DNA of 64,000 bases from an uncultured Gemmatimonadaceae bacterium (GCA_963817955.1 CAWFQK010000004.1:320001-384000); one strand, 5' to 3'; positions 1 to 12,276 are shown, counted from the first letter of the stretch. Translations and numbers: made by a program. The notes: a model not told the origin generated them from the letters alone.

Positions 1-205
1 ACATTCCGCATTGCAGGAATTACTGGCGGTCGAGGAGTACGAGTACGTCGTGATGAACGACGATCTCGACGGGGCCGTCCAGCAGGTGAGCTCAATCCTC
101 GATGCCGAGGTCGTCAGTCGCGTGCGCGTTGCGGGACTGCGACACCAGGTCGAGACGTTGATGCACCGGCTGGAGAAGGAGATCGATCACCATTCAGCGA
201 GTTGA
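1..205 (+). CDS. gmk: Guanylate kinase, C-terminal part (truncated by window edge)
   Basis: EYEYVVMNDDLDGAV resembles the Gmk C-terminal YDYVIVNDDL motif; classic gmk-rpoZ-coaBC synteny. Confidence 0.85.
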   Translation, partial: HSALQELLAVEEYEYVVMNDDLDGAVQQVSSILDAEVVSRVRVAGLRHQVETLMHRLEKEIDHHSAS

Positions 206-208
206 ATC

Positions 209-418
209 ATGCGAGTTTTCACGCCAGGCGAGATCGCCAACCACGCCGCGAATAAGTACCTCGGGGTGCTCGTGGCCGCGAAGTATGCGCGTGTCCTGAA
301 CGAGTTCCCCCGCGATTCGTCGTCGTCGCGCGAGAAGAAGCTCACGACGCGGTCGCTCGAAGAGCTTGCCAAGGGCGATATCAACTATCACGTGGTTCCA
401 CGCCGGCGCGCGGAGTGA
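209..418 (+). CDS. rpoZ: RNA polymerase omega subunit
   Basis: 69 aa with NKYLGVLVAAKYAR...KLTTRSLEEL pattern; lies between gmk and coaBC. Confidence 0.85.
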   Translation: MRVFTPGEIANHAANKYLGVLVAAKYARVLNEFPRDSSSSREKKLTTRSLEELAKGDINYHVVPRRRAE

Positions 419-419
419 G

Positions 420-1634
420 TTGAGTCCGGCCCGGCCGTATTCCGGCGCGCGCCTCCTGCTTGGGGTCACGGGGGGCATTGCCAGCTACAAGTCAGCCTGG
501 CTCGCGCGCTTGCTGACGAAGGCCGGCGCCGATGTGGATGTAGTTATGACGCCGGCGGCGACTGAATTCGTCGGCGCGATCACATTCGAGGCGCTCACGG
601 GACGGTCGGTGCACACTGGCCTGTTCGATCCCGGACGCGCTCTTGATCACATCAAGCTGGCTCGCGCCGCGACGGCAATCGTCGTGGCACCGGCCACGGC
701 CGATTTTCTGGCGCGCGCCGCGGCAGGGCAGGCCAACGATCTACTGGCGGCCTGTCTGCTCGCCGCAAAGTGCCCCGTGCTGCTCGTGCCCGCGATGAAC
801 GACCAGATGTGGGCGCATCCGCAGACCCAGCGGAACGTGGAACACCTGCGCACGCTTGGCTACCGCGTGCTCGAGCCGGACGAGGGGATGCTGGCGGCCG
901 GCGAAGGCAGCGGTCCGGGGCGCATGCCAGAACCTGAAACTATTTTTGCTCATATCGGTCGTCTGCTGGAGCCGGCGGCGGCGCTGCAGGGGAAGCGCGT
1001 GCTGATCACGGCAGGCCCGACGCGCGAAGCGATGGATCCAGTGCGATTCCTCTCCAATCACAGCAGCGGCAAGATGGGCGTGGCACTTGCCGCCGCCGCG
1101 TGGCGCCGTGGCGCGCAGGTCGATCTCGTTGCCGGGCCGCTGTCGGTGCCGACGCCGGTCGGCGTGACGGTGCACGCAGTGGAGTCGACGGAGGACATGG
1201 CCGCTGCGGTCGCGCAGTGGCTCCCCACCGCCGACGTGCTCGTCATGGCGGCCGCACCCGCGGACTTCCGTCCCGCGACGCCGTGCGACACCAAGATCAA
1301 GAAGACCAGCGCGCCACCGGCCCTCCTGCTCGCGCCAACACCGGACATACTCGCCACGACGAAGCGCGCGCGTCGTCCCGGTGCGGTCATCGTCGGGTTC
1401 GCGCTCGAAACCCATGACGCCGTCGCACATGGTCGTGACAAGCTTGCCGCGAAAGACCTGGACATGATCGTCGTCAACGATGCGACCGAGCCGGGCGCTG
1501 CGTTTGGCGTGGACACGAATCGTGTTACGCTACTAATGCGCGACGGCGGAGAGCAACATCTGCCGCTGATGCCCAAAACGGATGTGGCTGATGCCATTCT
1601 CGAATGCGTGGAGCGGATGATCGGTGGACGCTAG
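420..1634 (+). CDS. coaBC: Bifunctional phosphopantothenoylcysteine decarboxylase/synthase
   Basis: GVTGGIASYK, PAMNDQMW, ITAGPTREAMDPVRFLSNHSSGKMG, VGFALET motifs; start probably TTG 420. Confidence 0.95.
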   Translation: MSPARPYSGARLLLGVTGGIASYKSAWLARLLTKAGADVDVVMTPAATEFVGAITFEALTGRSVHTGLFDPGRALDHIKLARAATAIVVAPATADFLARAAAGQANDLLAACLLAAKCPVLLVPAMNDQMWAHPQTQRNVEHLRTLGYRVLEPDEGMLAAGEGSGPGRMPEPETIFAHIGRLLEPAAALQGKRVLITAGPTREAMDPVRFLSNHSSGKMGVALAAAAWRRGAQVDLVAGPLSVPTPVGVTVHAVESTEDMAAAVAQWLPTADVLVMAAAPADFRPATPCDTKIKKTSAPPALLLAPTPDILATTKRARRPGAVIVGFALETHDAVAHGRDKLAAKDLDMIVVNDATEPGAAFGVDTNRVTLLMRDGGEQHLPLMPKTDVADAILECVERMIGGR

Positions 1635-2627
1635 AGAACTGCTGCGTCGCTACTTGGAGCAGCGGCGTGAAATGGGCGAGTCAGAGCTCATGCTCGATGG
1701 GCTCTCGGTCGAGGAAACGCTGCGCATCATCGGCGCGAAAGCCACGAGCGCGCCGACTGCCGCGTCTCCGTCGCGCCCCGACGTGGGCGCCCATACGGTG
1801 CGTGAGACCGCGGTGCGTGAGACCCCGGTGCGTGAGACCCCGGTGCGTGAGACCCCGCTGGCCGATCCGCCGCGTGCTGGCGCCGAACCTGGTGATGCGG
1901 CCGATTGGCGCGCCACGTTGCGCGCCAGCTCGCAAGCACCGGCTCTCGCCACTCCGCCGTCAACCACGCCCGCCATTCCGTCGCCGTTGAGCGACGTGCC
2001 GGCCGGACTCACCGTGGGAGGACCGACGGACATCCAGCTCGGCGGATCGATGGCACATCTCGAGTCGCTCGAAGCCGTCGCCGCGCATGTCGCCAGTTGT
2101 ACCCGATGTCCGCTGCACTCCACGGCCCTCAACGCAGTGCCTGGAGAAGGGAACGCACACGCTGGATTGATGTGCGTTGGCGAGGCGCCCGGGGCGACTG
2201 AAGACGAAACCGGTCGTCCGTTCATCGGTGCTGCGGGGCAGTTACTCACCAAGATTCTCGAGGCGATCGCGTTGGGGCGCGACGACGTGTACATCGCGAA
2301 CGTGCTGAAGCATCGGCCGCCAGGTAACCGGAATCCGAGGCCAGAAGAGGTAACGGCGTGCAGCCCATACCTCATCCGACAGATCGAGTTGATCCAGCCG
2401 AAGGTGATTCTCGCGCTTGGGACGTTCGCTGCGCAGACATTGCTGAACACCAAGCTTACCATCGGGAAGCTCAGGGGCCAGATTCACCATTACTACGGGG
2501 TGCCACTGATCGTCACGTATCATCCCGCCGCGCTCCTGCGCAATCCGTCTTGGAAGCGTCCCACCTGGGAAGATGTCCAGCTTGCCCGCCGAATACTCGA
2601 TCGCCCCAATCCCCGACACGGGCGTGA
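1624..2627 (+). CDS. udg: Family 4 (Fe-S) uracil-DNA glycosylase with long N-terminal extension
   Basis: CTRCPL, VGEAPG, GRPFIG, YHPAALLR motifs; true stop inferred at TGA 2625-2627 after restoring one G in the run at 2620-2622. Confidence 0.88.
1798..1857 (+). repeat. In-frame 15-bp tandem repeat x4 (GTGCGTGAGACC[G/C]CG) encoding VRET(A/P)
   Basis: Read directly: VRETA-VRETP-VRETP-VRETP in the udg linker. Confidence 0.95.
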
Positions 2628-3980
2628 TCCCTACCGCGATCGACGTCCTCCGTATTGCGAGGATGCCGAGCAAGCGGTGTCGTCCGCCATGCTGATCGAC
2701 CAGGACGCAGTATCCGCGCGGCCGAGCGCGTGGACGACACAATGTTCTATGCCGAGCGACATCGGCGAATGTTCCGCGCCATGGTCACGATCACCGAGCG
2801 CGGTGGCGTGGTCGATCCGCTCACTCTCGCGGAGGAGCTGTCTCGAAAGTGGTGAACTCGATGACGGCCGGCGGCAAGGACTACATCGGCTTCCTCGTCG
2901 ATGCGGTGCCCACCGCGGCGAACGTCGAGTATCACGCCAAGATCGTGAGCGAGAAAGCGATTCTGCGGCGCCTCATCGAGGTGTCCACCTCGATCGTCAG
3001 CGAAGCGTTCGAGGGCAAGCCGACGGCAGTCGAGCTGCTCGACATGCAGAGTCAGAAGATCTTCCAGGTGGCCCAGCAGCAGACGCGCGACGGCTTCACG
3101 CGGATCAAGGAGCTGCTCTGGCCGACCATGGAGCGCATCGAGGCGCTGCAGCGGGGCGGACGAGGCGATTACCGGCGTCGCCAGCGGCTTCAAGGATCTC
3201 GACGAGCTGACCTCGGGGTTCCAGCCGGCCGATCTGATCATCATGGCGGCGCGACCGTCGATGGGCAAAACGGCATTGATGCTGAACATCGCCCAGCATG
3301 CTGCCATCGAGAAGCAGAAGTCCCAGTGCGCGTTCTTCTCGCTCGAAATGAGCAAGGAATCGCTCGTGCAACGCATGCTGACCTCCGAGGCGCGTATCGA
3401 CGCGCAGCGTCTTCGCAAGGGGATGCTGCGCGACGAGGATTTTCCCGCGTCTCGCGCGCGCGGCCGGCATACTGAGCTCGGCTCCAGTCTGGATCGACGA
3501 TACCCCAGGAATCACGCTTCTCGAAATGCGCTCCAAGGCGCGCCGCCTCAAGTCAGACTCCGGCGTCGACTTGATCGTGGTGGACTACCTGCAGCTCATG
3601 CAGGGGCCGGCGAACTCCGAGAGCCGCCAGCAGGAAGTCAGTCAGATCTCGCGCGGACTCAAGGCACTGGCAAAGGAGTTCAGCGTGCCGGTCGTCGCGC
3701 TGTCGCAGTTGTCGCGCGCGCCCGAGCAGCGAACCGGCGACAATAAACGTCCGCAGCTGTCCGACCTTCGTGAGTCGGGTGCCATTGAGCAGGATGCCGA
3801 CCTGATCATGTTCATCTTCCGGCAGGAATTCTACGAGGGCCCACCGACAAGGACGGCAATTCGCTCGAAGGCAAAGCCGAGGTGATCATCGGCAAGCAGC
3901 GCAATGGTCCGATCGGCTTGGTCAATCTGCACTTCCACAAACAGTACACGCGCTTCGAGAGCTACAGCGAACGGAGTTGA
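2573..3980 (+). CDS. dnaB: Replicative DNA helicase (split by several probable sequencing frameshifts)
   Basis: Fragments: [21 protein letters not shown] (Walker A), [47 protein letters not shown]; start ATG 2573 inferred. Confidence 0.93.
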
Positions 3981-4013
3981 CTCGCTGGCACGCACGGGCT
4001 GAGGTCTCTTCGT

Positions 4014-4028
4014 TAGTTTTCCTGCATG
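4014..4028 (+). promoter_or_regulatory. Candidate -10 box for a leaderless radA transcript
   Basis: TAGTTT 4014-4019, 6 nt, then ATG 4026; no SD; -35 is poor. Confidence 0.4.
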
Positions 4029-5425
4029 GCGAAAACGAAGACGGCGTACCGCTGCACCGAGTGCGGCGCCGAGTATTCCAGGTGGCAAGGTCACTGCGAA
4101 GCGTGCGGCGAATGGAATACGCTCGTCGAAGAGATGGTCGCGCCCAAGGCGAACGCCGGCGGCGGCGCGGCCCGCCGTCTCGGGGGCACCCGCTCGCTCG
4201 CTGAAGGTGGCAACGTTGCGCCAACGCCAAGGCTGCGCGACGTCAAAGGGTCGAATGCGAAGCGCTGGAAGACCGGACTCGATGAATTCGATTTCGTCCT
4301 CGGTGGCGGCATCGTTCCTGGATCGATGGTGCTGATTGGCGGTGAACCAGGGATCGGCAAGTCCACGCTGTTGCTGCAAGTGGCCGCACGCCTCGAACAG
4401 GGTGGCCACGCCACGATCTATGCGTCGGGCGAGGAGATCCGCCCTGCAAGTCAAACTGCGCTCCGACCGACTTCGTGGAGGCGCGGGACGACGTGTCGCT
4501 GCTCGGCGAGACGAATCTCGAGACGATTCTCGCGACATCGTCCGCAGCGGCGCCGGCCGTGCTGATCGTCGACTCCATCCAGACCGTGTACACGGCTGAC
4601 CTCGAGGGGGCGCCGGGGAATGTGGGGCAAGTGCGCGAGTGCGCCGCGCGCCTCATGCGGTACGCAAAGGAAAGCGGCACCACCGTGTTCGTGGTGGGGC
4701 ACGTGACGAAGGGCGGCGGCATCGCGGGTCCCAAGACTCTCGAGCACATCGTCGATACGGTGCTGTACTTCGAAGGCGAGAGCACGCTCGACCATCGCGT
4801 GCTGCGCGCCACGAAGAATCGGTTCGGCAGCGTCGATGAGATTGGCGTCTTCCGGATGACCGAGGAGGGGCTGGAGCCGGTGGCAAATCCCTCCGAGCTG
4901 TTCATGGGAGACCGGGGTGCCAGCCACGCATCGGGAAGCGCCGTGACCGCGTTGCTCGAGGGCACGCGGCCTGTGCTCGTGGAAATCCAGGCGCTGGCTG
5001 CAAAAGCCGGCTTCGGCACCCCGCAGCGCGTCGCCACCGGCTTCGACGGGCGCCGGCTTGCTCTGTTGCTCGCGGTGCTCGACAAGCGTGCCGGCTTGTC
5101 ATTCGCGCAACTCGACGTGTTTCTCAACGTCGTCGGCGGCATGCGGCTCCAGGAACCGGGCGGCGACCTCGCCGTTGCCTCGGCGCTCGCGTCGAGCGTC
5201 TATGACCTGGCGCTCCCCGCGGACGCGATCTTCGTCGGCGAGGTGGGGCTCGGTGGGGAAGTGCGTGCTGTGTCGCAAGCCGATCGGCGTATTGCCGAGG
5301 CGGCGAACATGGGGATGAAGCGCGTCTACCTGGCCGAACGCGGCGTGCCGAAGCGGATCTCGCGCGACATCGAGGTGGTGGGCGTCCGCACCATTCAAGA
5401 TCTCTTACGGCAACTGTTCACATGA
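4026..5425 (+). CDS. radA: DNA repair protein RadA/Sms (one frameshift near 4437)
   Basis: Zn finger CTECG...CEACGEWN, GEPGIGKST, KNRFG motif, Lon-like C-terminus. Confidence 0.95.
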
Positions 5426-6124
5426 GCGATGGGCCCATCCGCACCGTCGGCGTCGTGATCGTCGCTGGCGGCGCCAGTTCCCGTACCGGCAGCCGCGAGT
5501 TGAAGCAGTTCCGCTGGGTCGCGGGCAAACCGGTGCTGCTCCACAGCGTGCAGACGTTCATGGCACGTCCCGATGTCGGTGTCAGTCGTGTGCGTGCTGC
5601 CACCGCAGTACGTGGCGGATCCGCCTCCCTGGATCTTCGAATGCGACGTGGATCGCCTGATGCTCTCGATGGGAGGGCGCACGCGAACGGAGTCGGTCCA
5701 GCACGGCCTCGACGATCTGCCCGACGAGGCATCGGTTGTCCTCGTGCACGATGCGGCGCGCCCCCTGGTCGGCGATAGCACCATCGACCGCGTGGTCGCG
5801 GCCGTGCGGGGCGGAGCATGCGCGATTGCCGCGCTGCCGGTGGTGGACACGCTCAAGGAAGTGGACGAGCAGGGGTTGGTGGTGCGCACCGTGGAACGCG
5901 AGCGGTTATGGCGCGCGCAGACGCCGCAGGGATTTCCGCGCGAGGTCATCGTGCGCGCTCATCGCGAGGCGCGCGCGCAACACCTGACCGCAACCGACGA
6001 CGCCGCGCTCTGCGAGCGCCTCGGGATACCCGTCGTCGTCGTGCGCGGCAGCGAGCGAGCCATGAAGATCACCGAGTTCGAGGACTTCGCCCGGGCAGAA
6101 TCCCTCTTCACGCTTCCGGAATGA
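5422..6124 (+). CDS. ispD: 2-C-methyl-D-erythritol 4-phosphate cytidylyltransferase (frameshift near 5584)
   Basis: VAGGASSR..KQF, VLVHDAARP, AQTPQGF, TDDA, KIT motifs. Confidence 0.92.
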
Positions 6125-6792
6125 GGGCTGACGCGCTCACCGTTCCGTTCTGGTCGCCCGAAGAGGTCGAGACGGCTTGTCGATCGGCACTGGCGCAAAT
6201 CGAGATGCGACGTGTGCTCGCCTATCCCACCGAGACCGTTTACGGTTTTGGCGGCGGCATCGACCGCGACTCGGTGGACGCGCTCATCGAGCTCAAGCAG
6301 CGTCCGGTTGGAAAGCCGTTTCTCCTGTTGATTGCCGGTCCCGACATGATCGACCGGCTCGATCTCCGTCTGCCGGCGTATGCGTCCAATCTCATCGCGC
6401 GACATTGGCCCGGACCGCTGACTCTGGTCCTGTCCGGTGGAGACCATCGTGTTCCCGCGCGCCTGCGCGGTCCGGAAGGTGGTGTCGCCGTGCGCTGGAC
6501 CAGCCACCCGGGCATGATGCGCCTCATCCGTGCGCATGGCGACGCGATCACGTCCACGAGCGCCAATCGCCCAGGGGTTCCCCCGGCGACGTCTGCCGCA
6601 GAGATTGTGGCACAGTGGGGCGATGCCATCAAACGCGGTCTGCTGCGTGTGCTGGATGGCGGCACGCTGACGCCATCGCCGCCATCCACTGTGCTGGATT
6701 GTACCGGCCGCAGACCACGCGTCATTCGTCCAGGCGCGATCTCTGCTGCGACACTCCGGGAAAGCGTTCCCAATCTGATCGGAGACGCGTGA
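6121..6792 (+). CDS. tsaC: L-threonylcarbamoyladenylate synthase (YrdC/Sua5 family, short form)
   Basis: YPTETVYG, KQR, WPGPLT, STSAN, PSTVLD motifs. Confidence 0.92.
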   Translation: MRADALTVPFWSPEEVETACRSALAQIEMRRVLAYPTETVYGFGGGIDRDSVDALIELKQRPVGKPFLLLIAGPDMIDRLDLRLPAYASNLIARHWPGPLTLVLSGGDHRVPARLRGPEGGVAVRWTSHPGMMRLIRAHGDAITSTSANRPGVPPATSAAEIVAQWGDAIKRGLLRVLDGGTLTPSPPSTVLDCTGRRPRVIRPGAISAATLRESVPNLIGDA

Positions 6793-6796
6793 GCGC

Positions 6797-7267
6797 ATGA
6801 AGATCCTGTTCGTTTGCACCGGCAACACGTGTCGCAGCCCGCTCGCCGAAGCGATCGCGCGCAAGATCGCCATCGAGCGCGGCCTGCAGGATGTCGAAGC
6901 AATGAGCGCTGGGACAAGCGCACACGATGGAGCGCCAGCCAGCGATGGTGCGATGCTCGTCGGGATGGAGCGCAACATGGATCTCGGTAGCCACCGCGCC
7001 CAGACGCTGACTCGCGATCTGGTTCGGGACGCCGACGTGATTCTCGCCATGGGTCCCCACCACCTCGACCGCATCGAAGCGCTCGGCGGTGCCGGGCGCG
7101 CCTATCTTCTGGCGGAGTACGGCTCGCACGGCGCGTCGATGCGTTCGATCACGGATCCGATCGGTGCCGAGCTCGACGTCTATCGTGCCACCGCCGACGA
7201 GCTGGAAGTGGAGATCCGCCGCGCACTCGATCGGATCGCGGCGGAGGGCCGATCAGGAGCGGAGTGA
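6797..7267 (+). CDS. Low-molecular-weight phosphatase, probably protein-arginine phosphatase (YwlE-like)
   Basis: P-loop FVCTGNTCRSPLAE, SAG, ITDPIG. Confidence 0.85.
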   Translation: MKILFVCTGNTCRSPLAEAIARKIAIERGLQDVEAMSAGTSAHDGAPASDGAMLVGMERNMDLGSHRAQTLTRDLVRDADVILAMGPHHLDRIEALGGAGRAYLLAEYGSHGASMRSITDPIGAELDVYRATADELEVEIRRALDRIAAEGRSGAE

Positions 7268-8051
7268 TGGCGGCCCCGGGCCGGCTCGTGCTACTGGGGC
7301 ATCCCGTCGCGCAATCGCTCTCGCCGCGCTTCCAGAACGCCGCGCTCGCTGCCGCCGGCATTTCGTTGCGCTACGAGGCGATCGACGTCGAACCGGTCGC
7401 ATTCGAAGGCGTGCTCGCGACACTGCGCGTCCAGCGTGCCGCGGGCAACGTCACCACACCACATAAGCAGCGCATTCACGATGCCTGCGATCTTCTCACG
7501 CCCTTGGCGACGCGCGTCGGCGCCGTGAACACGTTCTGGGTGGACGATGCGGGCCGGCTCGTCGGCGACAACAGCGACGTGGGCGGCTTCGACGCATCCG
7601 TGCGCATGCTGCTCAACCTCGCGCCGCGCGACCTCACCGTGGGCGTGATCGGCGCCGGCGGCGCAGCCGCGGCCGTGGTGGCCGCCGTGGAGCGCTGGCC
7701 AGGGTGCCTGGCGCACGTGTACAACCGCACGCCGGAGCGCGGACGGCTGCTCTGCGAGCGATTTGGCCCCATGGCGCAACCGGTCGATGACATTGGCGTG
7801 GTGGCCGGTGCCGACATTGTTGTGAATGCCAGCACAGTCGGCTTCCGCGACGACGACTTTCCCGTCGACCCACGGCTCATTGCGCCTGAGAGCGCGGTGG
7901 TCGACCTCGTCTACCGCCGCGGGGAGACGGCCTGGGTTCGCGCCGCGCGCGCGCGCGGCCATCGTGCCTGCGATGGCCTGGCCATGCTCATCGAGCAGGG
8001 CGCACTCTCGTTCGAGCGATGGTTCGGCGTGAGTGCGGATCGTACGGCAAT

Positions 8052-8076
<25 letters not shown>
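7264..8076 (+). CDS. aroE: Shikimate dehydrogenase
   Basis: GHPVAQSLSP, NVTTPHK, GAVNT, GAGGAA, NRT, GLAMLIEQG. Confidence 0.93.
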
Positions 8077-9822
<1,746 letters not shown>

Positions 9823-9826
9823 CCCC

Positions 9827-11020
9827 ATGAAGCAAACCATTCGCGATCTACCGGACGATGTGGTGCGCGGCCGCCGCGCGCTCGTCCGCGTCGATTTCAA
9901 CGTCCCACTCGCCGCCGGCCGCGTGTCGGACGACACGCGCATCCGTGCCGCACTGCCAACCATTCGCGCGCTGCTCGACCGCGGCGCGCGCGTGATTCTG
10001 CTCTCGCATCTCGGCCGGCCGAAAGGGAAGCCAGAAGCGAAGTATTCGCTCGAGCCCGTGGCGCACCGGCTCGACGAACTGATGCCTGAGCAGCACGTGA
10101 TCTTCATCGAGTCCACCGATACCGATGAGGCCCAGAAGGCCACGCATGATCCGCATGCCCAAGTCGTGCTGCTCGAGAATACGCGCTTTCTCGGCGGCGA
10201 AGAGACGAACGACGAGCGGCTGTCGCGCAGCCTGGCGCAGCTCGGCGACTTCTACGTCAACGACGCCTTCGGCTCGGCGCACCGCGCCCACGCGTCCACA
10301 GAGGGCGTGGCGCACTACCTCAAACCTGCCGTCGCCGGCCTGCTCATGCAGAAGGAGCTCGACTACCTCGGCGGCGCATTAGACAATCCTAAAAGGCCGT
10401 TCGTCGCCATTCTTGGCGGCGCCAAGATTTCCGGCAAGATCGACGTCATTCAGCAGTTGTTGCCCAAGGTCGATCGGCTGGTGATCGGGGGCGCGATGGC
10501 CTGCACGTTCTTCAAGGCGATGGGACTCGAGACGGGCAAGTCGCTCGTCGAAGGGGATCGCGTCGACATGGCCAAGGATCTGCTCGCTCGCGCTGGCGAC
10601 AAGTTGCTCCTCCCCGTGGATGCCACGGTGGGCACGGCACTCGACGTCCCGGGCAGCGCGCACGCCGTGGCGCGCGACGCCATCCCGGCAACCGAAGCCA
10701 TGTTCGACATTGGTCCCATGTCATCGTCGCTATTTGCCGAAACTGTCGTCGCCGCGAAGACGATCGTCTGGAATGGACCGATGGGCGTATTCGAGACCAA
10801 GCCATTCGACGCCGGCACGCGCGCGGTAGCCGAGGCGATGGCCAAGGCGACTGTGCGTGGCGCCACGACAATTGTCGGTGGCGGTGATTCGGCCGCCGCC
10901 GTCGCGGAGTTTGGGTTGGAAAGCGGCATGAGCCATGTCTCCACGGGTGGCGGTGCGTCGCTCGAGTTTCTCGAGGGTAAAGTCCTGCCGGGCGTCGCCG
11001 CGCTCGACGACCAATGCTGA
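9827..11020 (+). CDS. pgk: Phosphoglycerate kinase
   Basis: RVDFNVP, SHLGRP, NDAFGSAHRAH, WNGPMGVFE, STGGGASLE. Confidence 0.98.
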   Translation: MKQTIRDLPDDVVRGRRALVRVDFNVPLAAGRVSDDTRIRAALPTIRALLDRGARVILLSHLGRPKGKPEAKYSLEPVAHRLDELMPEQHVIFIESTDTDEAQKATHDPHAQVVLLENTRFLGGEETNDERLSRSLAQLGDFYVNDAFGSAHRAHASTEGVAHYLKPAVAGLLMQKELDYLGGALDNPKRPFVAILGGAKISGKIDVIQQLLPKVDRLVIGGAMACTFFKAMGLETGKSLVEGDRVDMAKDLLARAGDKLLLPVDATVGTALDVPGSAHAVARDAIPATEAMFDIGPMSSSLFAETVVAAKTIVWNGPMGVFETKPFDAGTRAVAEAMAKATVRGATTIVGGGDSAAAVAEFGLESGMSHVSTGGGASLEFLEGKVLPGVAALDDQC

Positions 11021-11769
11021 TGCGCAAACCGGTATTGGCGGCGAACTGGAAGATGAACATCGGTCCGGCCGAGGCGCGTGCGTTCATCGCGGCGTTCACC
11101 GCGCGATCGGTCCCGCGCACCGACCGGACAATCATCTTCTTTCCACCGGCGCTCTCCGTGACGACCGTCGTGCACGCACTCGGGAGTCGGGCAGATCTCG
11201 CGGTGGGCGTGCAGAACATCTGGACTGAGGACAAGGGCGCCTTCACGGGCGAGACTTCGGCTCCGATGGCGAAAGGGGCGGGCGCGCGCTACGTGCTCGT
11301 CGGTCACTCCGAGCGACGGCATGTGTTCGGTGAAACCGATGCGCAAACGGCGAAGAAGTGCGTCGCCGCCGCGCGGCATGGACTGGTCCCCATGCTCTGT
11401 ATTGGCGAGTTGCTTAGCGAACGAGAGGCCGGGCAGACGAATACCGTCGTGTTACGGCAGCTGCGCGCTGGGATCGCCGATCTGTCCAATGACGTAGTCG
11501 CCAGCATGGCCATCGCGTATGAGCCCGTTTGGGCCATCGGGACGGGAAAGACGGCAACGCCCGCGGATGCGTCCGCTGTGCACCACGAGATTCGCGTGCT
11601 GCTGCGCGAGCGACTGGGCGACCGTGCCGACGATGTCCCGATTCTCTATGGGGGAAGCGTCAATACGGCGAATGCCGCCGTGCTCCTTGGCACGCAAGAG
11701 GTGGATGGCGTGCTGGTGGGCGGCGCGAGCCTCGACGTGGAAGGGTGGTCGTCGATCTGCGACACTTGA
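11020..11769 (+). CDS. tpiA: Triosephosphate isomerase
   Basis: NWKMN, GHSERR, AYEPVWAIGTG, YGGSV, LVGGASL. Confidence 0.98.
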   Translation: MRKPVLAANWKMNIGPAEARAFIAAFTARSVPRTDRTIIFFPPALSVTTVVHALGSRADLAVGVQNIWTEDKGAFTGETSAPMAKGAGARYVLVGHSERRHVFGETDAQTAKKCVAAARHGLVPMLCIGELLSEREAGQTNTVVLRQLRAGIADLSNDVVASMAIAYEPVWAIGTGKTATPADASAVHHEIRVLLRERLGDRADDVPILYGGSVNTANAAVLLGTQEVDGVLVGGASLDVEGWSSICDT

Positions 11770-11795
11770 CGCAACGCGCTAAGTACTGTGATATT
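11766..11795 (+). promoter_or_regulatory. Candidate sigma70 promoter for secG
   Basis: TTGACG (overlaps tpiA stop), 18 nt, GATATT preceded by TGn; AT-rich patch. Confidence 0.4.
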
Positions 11796-11828
11796 TAAGG
11801 CTTACATCACGCCAACAGAGCCGCCTCG

Positions 11829-12269
11829 ATGTTGTATACCATTCTCCTCGTCCTGCTCGTCATCGATAGCATCGTCCTCATCTCTGCCGTGCTCCTACAG
11901 GCTGGACAGGGAGGTGGCATGGCTGCGTCCTTTGGGGGCGTCAGCAGTTCGGCGAGTTCCTTTCTTGGCACCCGTCAGACCGGCAACCTGCTGACGAAGG
12001 CAAGCTGGTGGTGCGGCGGCCTGTTCCTCGGCCTGTCGTTCCTGCTCTCGCTGGCGTCGACGCACAGCCGCGCGCCGAAATCAGTTCTTGATCAGAGCTT
12101 CAAGACACCGCCCCCGGTATCGTCGCCAGTCAATGCGGCTCCAGGCGGCGTGAACCCGGCAGTACCGCTCTCGCCGGTGCCGTCGAACGCAGCTCCGGCT
12201 GGCGCTCAACCGGCGCCGACGACCCAGACGGCGCCCGCCAAGAGCGCTCCCGCGACCAAGAAGCCATAG
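11829..12269 (+). CDS. secG: Preprotein translocase subunit SecG with Pro/Ala-rich C-terminal tail
   Basis: VLLQAGQGGGMAASFGG, NLLTK, two TM helices; tpiA-secG synteny. Confidence 0.93.
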   Translation: MLYTILLVLLVIDSIVLISAVLLQAGQGGGMAASFGGVSSSASSFLGTRQTGNLLTKASWWCGGLFLGLSFLLSLASTHSRAPKSVLDQSFKTPPPVSSPVNAAPGGVNPAVPLSPVPSNAAPAGAQPAPTTQTAPAKSAPATKKP

Positions 12270-12276
12270 CGCGAAC

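Noticed and set aside
1798..1857. Possible CRISPR-like array
   Set aside because: Contiguous 15-bp units without spacers, in frame within a CDS; no cas genes
1624..3210. Apparent UDG-DnaB fusion ORF (528 aa)
   Set aside because: One missing G in a homopolymer restores both a UDG stop and a DnaB start, and the region is error-rich
2573..3980. Intein in DnaB
   Set aside because: Total length of about 470 codons is normal, with no insertion
3986..4000. Sigma-54 promoter (TGGCACG) before radA
   Set aside because: The GC is one base off the required GG-N10-GC spacing and there is no TTGC
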